DNA of 64,000 bases from Podarcis tiliguerta (lineage: Eukaryota). The stretch lies in assembly GCA_965153285.1 (NCBI GenBank), contig OZ229121.1. One strand, written 5' to 3'. Both the position numbers and the translations under genes were made by a program. Below are positions 1 to 10,699 of the stretch, piece after piece (position 1 is the first letter of the stretch; every line of letters starts with the position of its first letter). The notes beneath the pieces were generated by a model. That model had not been told where the DNA came from. It saw only the letters and a program-made list of their open reading frames with translations, and did not search any database.

Positions 1-2691
1 AGGCAGTTGCTTTTGACTGAAACACCTCTGTAGAAGATACCATATCGTGTAGATACATGAGACAAAAAGGAACTGGGCAGTCCTGAGGCTTTTAAAAAGA
101 GACCACAACTGATGGACTTCGGCAAAACTTCAAATTTTTCCTTCTTAAGAAGGTCTGTTGGGATATTCCGTGGAGGAAATGAACGGGTATCTTTCCCAGA
201 TTAAGGTATCCCAATTCTACAAAATCAAAGAGTTCGACAAAAGATTGGCATCTAGTTGGAAGAAGTGGAGAGGAAGAAAATAATCGGGATTGTTCAGGAG
301 AAGTCAAGCAACATGAGACAGCAAGTAGATGCCGCCGTCGCTGGCGCTGTTGCCGCTAAACCACGGTGTCGCTTGCCAGGGAAATCAAGACGCCGCCGAG
401 AAAGCTCTCTGCAGCCTGGCAGTTGGATCTAGAGATTCAGAGGAGGAAAGATGTCCTGGGGAAAATGGTAGCATTTACACTGCAACCTCAGCGTCTGTCT
501 AAGCCCGAAGGAAGGGCCTAATGAAACAGCTTGTTTTCCACACAGAAGAAAATCCAGAAAGGTTTTTCTAAATAAAGTATTGTAGGCGGACCCGATGCTG
601 TAGAAGGACTTGTGTTGGCGCTTGGAGCAATGACAGTTCTGCATTCGACCAGCTGGTCTGTTGCTGAGCCTCGCTTCTCTTCCTTTCCCTAAATATTTAT
701 TAACTGGACAAATGCATGGTGTATTTCCAATAGACCCAGTAGTGTCGTAGGCATAGGCAAATAATATCACGCGTGGTTCTAGGTACTCTTGTGTGTGCCT
801 GGAAAGTCCGTGCTTTACAGAAGTTATAGCATTAAACTATATCAAAAATACAAAAGCTACAAATTCAACAGTGAGAAGGAAGGTGGCAGTGGAAGTCCAT
901 ATTAGGAAGAAAGAGCATTATTTTTATGTTAGTCTTCTTAAACTGTAATCATTCTGTCTTGGCTGAAATAAATCAATGAGCTGGTGTTGATTTCACTATT
1001 AAAAACACTAAAACGAGCCTAAACTGGCATATCAACGAAAAATGCATTACGATGCTTTAAACAGGAGCAGCAAATGGGGCCCACGCGATCTACCAGATTG
1101 TAAATCACAAGCCACATACACTGGAGTAGCCCTTTTGGTTAAATGGGAAATTTTACGCAAATTGGTTGCATTCTTCCTCAGTTTGTTCCAAAGCAAGTTG
1201 TATCTTGGTCTGCAACTCAAAAAAAGACCAAATGTGAAGAAGTGGGAGAGAAGAAACTGTGTCAACTCTAAGAGGCCGGGATCTTAGGGTCAACCAAGCT
1301 GGATCGCGCAAGTTTCTTCTTGCTCCCTCCAACTAGGTCACTCTGGCTCCCACATTGTTGTACAGAAACATAGCTGTACCGCCGCCCAAACACTTCCCCG
1401 TAGTTCGAAATTTACCCTAAACCTAAGGTAGGCTATTGCCTAGAAAATCACACCCAGAGTCTACACTAGTTAGCCCAGTGCTGGTAGGTGAGCCCTGGGG
1501 ACTTCCCAGCACCTTCTCACACCACAAAAGAGCTCCTGGGATGTTCTGGGAGTCTGAAATCCTGGCCACAGTTGAGGTATTTAAACCAGTAAGTCAAAGG
1601 AAATGCCCCGCTTGGAGCCAGGAACTAGGGCTTTCAGATCCTTTTCCAGCCTTCAAGAAACGACTTGGTCTTATCAGTGCCTGGATTTTCCTAGGCTGTT
1701 ATCCGTATGAAAGTGCTAGAGAAATCTTAGAAAACATGCATTACTTCTTATCCCAGATGTCATAAAATTATTTTGCTTGGTTATTTTGTTGAAATCAGTC
1801 TGAATGTTTACCAAATTAAGTTGTGCCATCTTTACATTATCTCCTTACTTAGCATTTCATAGTTAGAGATGCTGGTCTAGAAATCATGATATCCCAGGGG
1901 CACTTTGTATGGCTGCATGGGCGGGGATTGAATAGACAGGTCGGATATTAAATCAGCGGGATGCAGAATGACTTTTTGCCACAACCCCAAGCTTGCTAAA
2001 TAGTTTCGCCCTCTGAGGGGGCGACTCACTGACCACTTGCACAGAAGTAGTCTTATTACCCTTCGTAGGACTGCGCTAGTGTAAATAAACAACGAATCCA
2101 TCTCTTTTACCTTATACCTATGGCACAATAGGGCAAGCACATTTGCATATATAGTGCCTGGAATATTGCCTGTGTGGGGCATTATAGAATGCAGTATTAC
2201 TATGGAGCGGTTCCTGGAGCAGATCGTAGTGTCGAAAAAGAAATTGCTTATAAAACAAGCTACCTGCCTGAAGTTAAGATCCATATAAAACTTAATTGCA
2301 TATTATTATGCTTTTAATTTTCAAAAAACACTTTTGTCAAATGATACGTGATATCACTTTCTTATAGGGCTTGCTGTTTGATATGATTAATTTATTTCCA
2401 TGAGAAATACCATTATTTGTGAGTGCTCTGTTAAAATCCTGGAATGATAAAAACTTTTTCTTAAGCAATTAAACGTTGTTAAGAAAGTAAATTCTGTTGT
2501 AATCAACGGAACTTACTACCAAGTAAATTGGTTTGAGAGTAGATTACAGGTGTAGATTGGTCGCATTCGTCTCAGAAACCTTCTAAGTTACGGAATTTAA
2601 GATCTGGATGGTTGTGTGCCTGCAGATACTTTTAAATGTATGCATGGCTTCATTTCTACATCCTGCACCCTCCGCATACCCTCGAGTTAAA

Positions 2692-2803
2692 CTGCAACCC
2701 AATTAAAACTAAGTAGTAGGATTTAAGCTGATTTGGTCCCATTGATTTTAGTGGGACTAAAGCTGGATTTAAATAGAAGCACTTTGGTTTAACTGGGTTG
2801 TAG
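2692..2803. repeat. Palindromic element (hairpin, MITE-like)
   Basis: Outer arms CTGCAACCCAATTAAAACTAAGT / ACTTTGGTTTAACTGGGTTGTAG (19/23 complementary) and inner core GTCCCATTGATTTTAGTGGGAC. Confidence 0.75.
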
Positions 2804-3838
2804 GTGATCATATGTACAGTTAACTTTATGTATCTGCCCACGCATTAAAATCTATATGCATTCCCAAGATTTAGAAAAACACCGTATTTTCAGAGTTAAT
2901 GCAGTTTTACATGTGAGCGGTTACAACTGTTGTGTTATTTGGCTGACTTGAGTGTAGTAGTGATTTATGCAATGAACATATCTGTCGTTGTAGAGTCTTT
3001 ATTTTTAGGGGGGAGCGAGTTATATTAGAGGTTTTGTGGTTTGCCTTCGCTTTCATCCGGATCCAGTTTTACAAGGGCTGAAACTTTCAATATGCAGGAC
3101 GTGCCCCTTTGGACAGAACAGCCCACACTTGGCCCTGTTCGCTTTTTCGCTTTCGCATTCCTGTTAAAGGCCTCTTTCTCCGCGCGGAATGGCAACGTAA
3201 TTCTTGATGGCCTGCTGTAAGCTTTCAGTTAGACTGCCTCGAAACATATTCTCTTCCTCCTCCTAATACTGCTGATTTTTTCCGAAAGTCTTAAGTTCTT
3301 GCAGTTTCCCATTCCAACTGCAAACTTTGTGCGATTGTGGTAGTTTCTGCGGCTGCTCTCTAAGGCTTCAATCCTATGGACATCTGCTTGGGCGTAAGCC
3401 CCATCGAACACAGGGGGACGTACTTCCGAATAAGCAAAAGCCCTTTGGATCCGGTTGCACGGACTCCCTGTCAACCAATGCGTTTGCATACTAAAGGCTG
3501 CCCTGTAAGGTATTTGTATCTCGATGGGTGTGCTGAAATAATTCCCCTTTTCGTGCAATACACTTGACTTGGTATACAGCTCATGGAACTTGAGTGGCTT
3601 CATGTTGGTATTTTCTGTCTGGATCTTGAGCAGACAGTATTTCCTGCAAGACTGTTATGTTCTCCAAAAAGGATACGACAGCCTGCTCAGTCTCTTTAAA
3701 TATTAGTTTTACAAATATTCCTGCTTTTTTTGACATATTGTCTAAAGCCACTGCAGTGAATTGATTGTATATATTAACGGTCTATACAGTATTTGCTTTG
3801 GGAAGTTGCAGCGAGGTTTAGAAGAATTCAGAATGCAA

Positions 3839-3905
3839 GGCAATCCTATATACTCAGAAGTAAGTCTCACTGAATTCAATTGGGCTTACTCCCAAGAATA
3901 TTGGA

Positions 3906-3906
<1 letters not shown>
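3839..3906. repeat. ~85-bp palindromic mini-element copy
   Basis: GCAATCCTATATACTCAGAAGTAAGTCTCACTGAATTCAATTGGGCTTACTCCCAAG. Another copy lies nearby at 3364-3458. Confidence 0.75.
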
Positions 3907-3936
<30 letters not shown>

Positions 3937-3937
3937 T
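3906..3937. repeat. (CTTT)n microsatellite
   Basis: About 8 tandem units. Confidence 0.9.
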
Positions 3938-4639
3938 ATTGTATGGTAGGTAGAAATGCCAAATATGTTTTAAGAATGATGAAAAAGCAAGTTCAAAGAT
4001 ACCATTTGTGTTTAACATTTTGAAGCATTGACCTCTTATAGCAGAAACAAGGTCTAGTAATATAATTTTGGTCTACAGCCTCTTTTTCTTTTTAAAAGAA
4101 TCCTCCTTAAGAAATATTGCCAAAATATTTGGGAATAACATCTCTTTTATTGCACTAAAGCAAATGAGAACCACATTTATTTCACTCTCCCCACCAGAAT
4201 ATTAAATTCAAATTGGATATTATTGTCATTGGATTCGTATTTATGAATTTATATAACTTTGGGTTTTGCAAACATACTTTTCTAAATCACTTTCCCAGCT
4301 GTTCAGACATTGAAGCATATATATATTCACAAAAGAGTAAACTTGTTATATGTACAAAACATATTGTACATATATTACTGTCATGTTATATATTACTAGC
4401 CCTGAATGCTTCCAAGTTCTAATGTTTAAAAGTTTGCTTGCCCTTCTCATGTACAGATGTATTATCTAAAGTTTCTTAATTATTCAACAAATCGATTAAC
4501 CATCTGGTAGCAAAATTGTTCTTCTTCTAACTTGACATTCACAACTCTTTTACACCTATGTACAATTCCCTTAGGACTCAGGAATCAACTTTAAGGACTA
4601 TATATTGCTCCGGTTCAAAGTTTTGATGCACGCATTCTA

Positions 4640-6786
4640 GATTTCATAATAAATGTGGTTTTTTTTATTTAATGCAGTCTTCAAAGATTTAAACACACAA
4701 AATGCAGTGAAATTGTCCACAATTTTGAGACCACAGTTGTAAATAGAAACATTCATATTTCATAAGTTTATAAATATTTGATACTGCGAATTGTAAATGC
4801 ACATGTTTTATAAACTGAAAAACACCTTTGTTTTCTTGCTAAAAGGCAATGTCATTGATTTCTGTCTCCTAAGCAGCTGATGGTTATTCACAGAATTTTA
4901 AATTACAGCATTGGTTGTATACTTTCTTTCTTTTCAAAGTTGATACTACTATGTACAATATGTGTCTACTATAATTGTGAAATAAAGAGAGTTTTTAAGG
5001 CAAAGCGAGAAGTTTAACCTCAACAATCAAGAAGACTATAGTCCTGAATAATTGTACAGCATCCTCCCATGCGAGACCTCTGGCCAATATTTTGGAGACT
5101 TTTCCTTTCCCCAAGAAAAGGAGAAGGGTTGAAGTGTGGGAGAAAATTCTGAATAAAATACAAATAATTAGCTTCACTGTATCTCACATTAGAATCAGAA
5201 GATTTAAAAATGTTGGGCAAGGAAAGGGGGGCGATAAGAAATACACAAAAATCATTATGACTTTTATGAATTCTTCACAATTCTTCGTAATGTATGTGCT
5301 CAATTAAAAATCTCTCCCATTTTGGGGAATGAAAGGCAACTTTTTTCCAACGTGGGCTAGTGATTATTTCCCCTTTAAAGAAAAGGCCAGTTTCTAACCA
5401 AGAGACTTTAGAGACAACCCTAACCCTCCTCCTTTTATATCCTCTTGCATAATAGAAGTCAGTTAAGCTGAAAAGGTGCCCTAACTCTCTCTCCACCCTC
5501 CCTCCTCTAGATTTGTTCTTTTCCTGAGCCAGGCTGGTTGCATGGAAAAGCCTTCCCTAGCCCAAAAGCTAGTGGTGCAGACTCCTCACCCCAACTCTCT
5601 TATGTGCACAAACATATACACACACACTGGCTCCCCACCCCCACAAATGCCACAGGGGCCTGGTACATTTGTCCACAGCACTGCAAAGCTAAAGCGCCAG
5701 GCCACGCTGCTTTCTGAGCAGCACTTTAAAAAGAAGCAACGAGCAAGCGCCAAAGCAAAACAATGTAGGGAACTAGCAGATGGGAATGGGATGAGCTAAT
5801 GGGACACAACAGCAAGGCAAGCTCCGAAGCGTGTGGGGTTACCCTCCCTCTGGCTTCTCACACTGGGCAATGTCCATCCTAAAACTACAAAGAAAAGACC
5901 TTCTTCCCTTTTTACTTCCCAGGACACGGTCCCGGAAGTTACGAGGTTTTATTCTAAACTTTTCCCATCACGCTCCTTAGGCGGGAATAATTACCGAATT
6001 AACATGTCCTTGATTGAAGTCGGCCACTATTTGTTTACCAACTTTTTCTGAGTCTCTAAACACTACCTTCCCTCACTCACACACACATCCTTTACTCCAG
6101 TCTAATGGAGAAATGAGGATAAATTCAAGAAACATTCCTAAGGCTTAACATCATGTTTCAGTACTTCTTTCCCCCGATTTCTGAATGTGTTACTTGCAAA
6201 CGGGCAGCATGTTTACATAGTTAGCTTATAATTTATATTGTGATAATTAAAGTTCTTCTATACCCATCCCAAAGGCAAACACAAGAGGAAGAAAAGAAAA
6301 AAAGAAACGTTAAAACTCATAGAACAAATAGGAGAACTATTTATTCGGTTCACAGCCTCGTGAAATGCAGCAATAAAAATCTTTGGACTTCAGCAAAAGT
6401 TGTCTTTAATATTTTGAATTTCAAAAAACAGTGTCCAATGTCCATTTAAAACAGTGCTTAAGTCTATAAAAAGGTAACTTAAGCTTTTAAAAAAATTGAT
6501 AAAGTTAGCATCTAAAATTTCCATAGAACAAAAAGAAAATCAAAAAATATTTTATAATCAGATATTTTGGATATTTTTTTTTACAACACCTTACCTGTAA
6601 ATTATATATATACACAGAATATTGCAGAATTATATCTAATACACAATATTTCCCCACTATTTATGCTGGTATAGTTTTTTATACACTGGCCCTTATTTGT
6701 TTTTGTTTTTAATTAAATTATTGCATTGTATAAACTCTGACTCGCCCCTTCCCCCCCCTCCCCTGGCTTACCCCCCCTCCCCTCAT
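4640..6786 (-). other. EN2: EN2 3' UTR (approximate; distal end uncertain)
   Basis: AU-rich sequence downstream of the stop codon. Minus-strand AATAAA hexamers lie at 6340-6345, 4664-4669 and 4146-4151. Confidence 0.55.
4664..4669 (-). terminator. Candidate EN2 polyadenylation signal (AATAAA)
   Basis: Plus strand tttatt at the end of a long AU-rich block. Alternative signals lie at 6340-6345 and 4146-4151. Confidence 0.45.
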
Positions 6787-7103
6787 CTACTCGCTGTCTG
6801 ACTTGCCGTCTTTCGAGGCCGTGGAGTGGTTGTACAGTCCTTGTGCCATGAGGTGAACCGCCAGGGAGTTCTTGTTGCCGGTGGCTTTCTTGATTTTGGC
6901 CCGCTTGTTCTGAAACCAGATCTTGATCTGAGACTCGTTGAGGCTGAGTTCTTGAGCCAGGCTTTGCCTCCTCTGCTCTGTCAAGTATCTGTTCGTCTGA
7001 AACTCCGCTTTGAGTCTTTGCAGCTGCTCCGCCGTGAACGCTGTCCGGGGACGTTTGTCCTCCTTGTTGGGGTTCTTCTTCTTTGGTTTGCGGGATCTGG
7101 GGC
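6787..7103 (-). CDS. EN2: Homeobox protein engrailed-2, coding exon 2 (317 nt, homeodomain and EH5)
   Basis: A pyrimidine-rich acceptor (...GACCGCAG|GC) restores the frame with exon 1: 601+317=918 nt, 305 aa plus TAG. It encodes [105 protein letters not shown]. The [14 protein letters not shown] and GKSDSE segments match EN2 rather than EN1. Confidence 0.98.
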
Positions 7104-9835
7104 CTGCGGTCCGTGGCGAGAGAAGGAGACACAGAGAGCGAGAGAGGTTGAATGGAGGGGCGCTTTGGAAGGGAGCCCAGAACGTGCCCTGGCTTGGAAG
7201 CTTAATTCAATTAGCAGCACCGGGCGAGGGAATTTGGGCGGGGAGGAGGGAGCGAGAGACGCAGAAAGAGTCTCAAATGTCCTTCGCTTTTCGAAGCTAC
7301 GTGCCAGTTGGTTCCCTCTGCCCCTCAGGGACCAAGTTCAGCGCATGCCACCAATGCCCCTCTCGCTTTTTCTCCAAGCAGGGCCTTCCTTGTCAAATGG
7401 AAAGGGGCTGGATCGCCACCATCCCAGGGGTGTGTGCGAGGTGGGGTCCAAGAAGAGGGAGGGAGAGCCAAGGGGGAGAGGCGGACCCAGGCCAAGGACA
7501 AGGGGGCCTTTGCCTTACCCAGAGCAGTGCCCTCACACCCCCCCCCCAAGTTCACTGCGTGTTTTTCTCCGGGGATGAGGGGGTGTGGAGAGAGAAGCAA
7601 GCGCCAAGATGGCCAGGGAACGAGCTCCATTTCTGCGGGAGGCCTGCGTGGGGCTCCTTTTCTCTGCGGAGGAGGCGCGTTTCGGGGACCAGCTCCATGC
7701 AGCCTCTACCACCCTTTGTTATGGGTGACTGTGCCCGGTCCCCGAGGGGCTTTGCGCACCCTCGCCTGACCTTCCTCGGGGCCGTTTTACCACGGCTGCT
7801 GCCCCCGGGGGAACCCGGTTTGCGAGCGCGCAGACACATGGTCCGCATTGCTCCCCCGCCAACCGGGCTGCTGGGGGCGCGTCAGCCGGAGGGTCCCGCT
7901 TTCTCTCCCCAGCGACTAGGCCCGTCTTGGGCCGGGGCGACGCCGCAGCCCGGCCTAGGCCACAGCCTGGTTCTCGAGCTGGGTGCCAACCCACGATGGC
8001 GCTCTCTCTCCTCCGCTACTCACGTCCATGGCAGCCCCTCAACTCTCGGCTGTGGCAGGAGAATTCGGCCTGTCCGAGAGGCGCTTCTTGGCAGCGCCTT
8101 TGCGGCCTTCCCTAATAATTACGAGGCGGGCGGATTGGGGTGGGGGAGGGGAAATCGCCTGAGAAAATGACTTGGAGATCCCGGGGCGACGGGGGGGGAG
8201 GGAGGGGGGAGAGGGAAGTTTTCTCTCACGTTTTCAAAAGGTGAACCAAGCGGAGCTTCAAAAAGGAATGGTGAGAACAATCTTCACAACAGCCTCTTCA
8301 AGACTGCCCCGTTTTTTCCTCCCTTAACCCCGGAGTGCACTAAATGTAAACAACACAAACACAAATCCGCCCTACTTTCCTTGCCTTTGGAAAGTAATCA
8401 GAAAAATATTCGGGATTAAATTCTCCCCTAGACAGGAGCTTGCACAACTCTCATCCTTCTTGCCAGCTCCATACTAAAATGGTAAACAGCCGCCTTTGCG
8501 ACACTGAATGCATTTTCCCCTTCCTTAAAAACAGAAATATAATGCATTCATACAAAACTACAAATTAGAACTCTTCTTTTCCTCTAACAACATTGACCCC
8601 AACATTTTAGAGATACCCTTTTTCTTCTACAGTGCAATGCATATTAAAAATTAAACGTTAGTTTTAAACTAGGTCGCCTTGCAATTTTGTATTCTCCAAA
8701 TGTTACACTTAAGAATGGTAATTATTCTGATGGGAAATATTCTCCGTCGTATTATAAGCATCTTTCGACAGGGTTTAACTTACTCGGTGGTTTGGGCCAT
8801 GGTGAGAATCTATGATAATTAAATATTAACAAAGAAAGGGACTGGAGAACAATGGAGTAAATTTCGAATCAGACGGGAATATTATCCGGCAGCGAAGGAG
8901 GTTGCTGTCTCACTAACTCATTTTTAACAGCTATGAATTTATTCGACGATAAAATATATTGGAAGCAAGGTGGAAAGTCCTTTCGGAAAAATAAAACAAA
9001 AATCGAGATCCAATTGTTTTAAAACAAGAAAATTCTATTGAGCGAATTTGCAATTCTCGTTCAGGAAGACTAAAACACCCTCGAGTGTCCCTGACGATAA
9101 AGGGCATTCCAGGCACTCGGCGGCTCCTAGTCCCGGCTCTCTCTTCCCGAGGCAGGGCTGGAGAGATCCCCACTTCGCTCCCACCCCTGCAAGCAAGCAA
9201 GTCTTCCTTTTCAGCGGCTCTGCAATAACTTCCAGGGCCTTTTCGAGCGCGGCTGCTCCGCACGAGAAGCCAGGGAGGAAAGAAAAATACTTCCAAGGCC
9301 TGCTTATTTCTAGAGGCCGGAGAAGACAACTTCACAGGTCGGGCCTTGGCGACCAGCAGCTGAGCTAGCCAAAGAAGGGGGCAGAATAGGACGCCTCCAA
9401 GGATTGCTACTGACTTCTTTTCCATCTTATCTTCTTGGTAAACGGAGAGAAGGGGGAATGAAAACAAACCCCACCTTGCAAACAGCCTCCTGGGCTTCAG
9501 ATCCCGGCTATTTCTCCCAGCTGCCAAGAAGGAAATCGCTTTGTGTGCGGCTCGAGCCTTCGGCTCTTTCTCCCCGCGCCCTCCTGGAGTTTCGTCCTCA
9601 CTGTATCAAAATCCCTCCTACGCCTGCCGCTGCCTCCCCACGTTTGTTTCAAAGCAGATAACTTTGTAAAACTGTCTTATTTTGCAAAGGGTGATTGCAA
9701 CCCGCCGCCCCCTTTCGCCGCGATCGCCTTGCAGCCAAGTCGCCAGCTCTTTCGCTCGCGGGCGGGAGGTGGGTGGAGGGTCCAGAGACCCTCTTCTCGA
9801 GAGGCCAGCGACCTGGTCCAGAGCTGTTTGCTTAC
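7104..9835 (-). other. EN2: EN2 intron (2732 bp, phase 1, GT-AG)
   Basis: Bounded by the donor and acceptor above. It splits the Gly codon between EH2 and EH3, the usual vertebrate engrailed intron position. Confidence 0.95.
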
Positions 9836-10132
9836 CTGACGAAGGCCTGTCCGAATAGCGGGTGCAGTAGACCCAGGCTGGCCACAGCATGGGCTGCGCG
9901 CTGGGGAAGGAGCTGGCCTGGGAGCTGTCCGAGTCGGAGCTCAGCGACTGATCGCCGCCGCCGCCGCCGCCGCCGCTGCTGCCGCTGCCGCGGGACTTCA
10001 AGGCTCCGTCGAGCGCGCCAGAGTCGCCGCCTTTCTTAGCCGGGGCTAGAGCTTTGGAGCCGCCGCCGCCGCCTCCTCCGTCGGTCGGGGAACCGGAGGC
10101 TGGCGCCGCCGAGGGGCTCCGGGCGGTGAGGA

Positions 10133-10167
<35 letters not shown>

Positions 10168-10436
10168 GGGTTAACGCTGCTGCCGCCGCCACCGCCGCAG
10201 GTACCGCCGTCTTTCCTCCGGCCGAACTCCGGCCGCAGGATGTTGTCGATGAAAAAGTTCGTGATTCGGTGCGGCGGGTGCTGGTGCGGATGGTTGCCGG
10301 GTTCCTGGAGCACCCGGGGCAGGAGCATCGCCCTCCGCCGGTTGGGCTCCCCGTCGCTGCCGCTGCTGGACTCCTCCGGCGGCGGCGGCTGTTCGGCGCC
10401 TCCTTCGGCGCCCGGGCGCTGCTCGTTCTCCTCCAT
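9836..10436 (-). CDS. EN2: Homeobox protein engrailed-2, coding exon 1 (601 nt)
   Basis: ATG at 10436 (context CAGCATGG) begins MEENEQR. The exon contains the EH1 repression motif HRITNFFIDNILRPEFG and the EH2 motif MLWPAWVYCTRYSDRPSSG. It ends at a canonical donor, TCAG|GTAAGC (plus strand cttac|ctga, 9831-9839). Confidence 0.97.
10134..10163 (-). repeat. (CAG)10 coding trinucleotide repeat (polyglutamine in EN2)
   Basis: Uninterrupted (CTG)10 on the plus strand, translating as PE-Q10-LL in exon 1. Confidence 0.95.
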
Positions 10437-10699
10437 GCTGAACACGGAGTCCCCAAATGTTGTTGCCCTCCCGCTTTTGTCTGCGCGCGCTTCGGGGCTG
10501 CTCGGTTTGGGTTACCCCCCTCCACACCCCCTTCCGCCTGGGTCCGCGGAGCAATCCAAATCCAGACTTTGCAAAGCGAGCCAGATATAACTGAAAATAT
10601 TTTATATATATATATATGTTGCCGCCGCTTCTCCTTCTCCCTTCGGCTGCTGTAGTTGGTTCCTCCTTCTGCCCCCTTCCAGCCTTTCAGTTGTGCAGC

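Larger units (their letters stand above)
9540..10560. promoter_or_regulatory. CpG island over EN2 exon 1 and the 5' end of the intron
   Basis: Very high GC content and dense CG dinucleotides by inspection. A second GC/CpG-rich block covers exon 2 and the adjacent intron (~6800-8220). Confidence 0.85.

Noticed and set aside
1-450. Purine-rich segment with a short open frame (MNGYLSQIKVSQFYKIKEFDKRLASSWKKWRGRK)
   Set aside because: It is not recognisable as CNPY1 (the expected downstream neighbour) or any family I know. It may be a repeat remnant and cannot be supported without a search.
6787-6984. 65-aa ORF as a standalone gene
   Set aside because: It is the distal part of EN2 exon 2, opened at an internal TTG.
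9618-10445. 275-aa single-exon ORF starting at GTG and reading past the donor
   Set aside because: The real start is the ATG at 10436. The C-terminal ~70 aa are intron read-through past a consensus donor.
10603-10616. TATATATA run as a TATA box
   Set aside because: More likely a short (TA)n microsatellite in the 5' UTR region. The TSS cannot be assigned from sequence.
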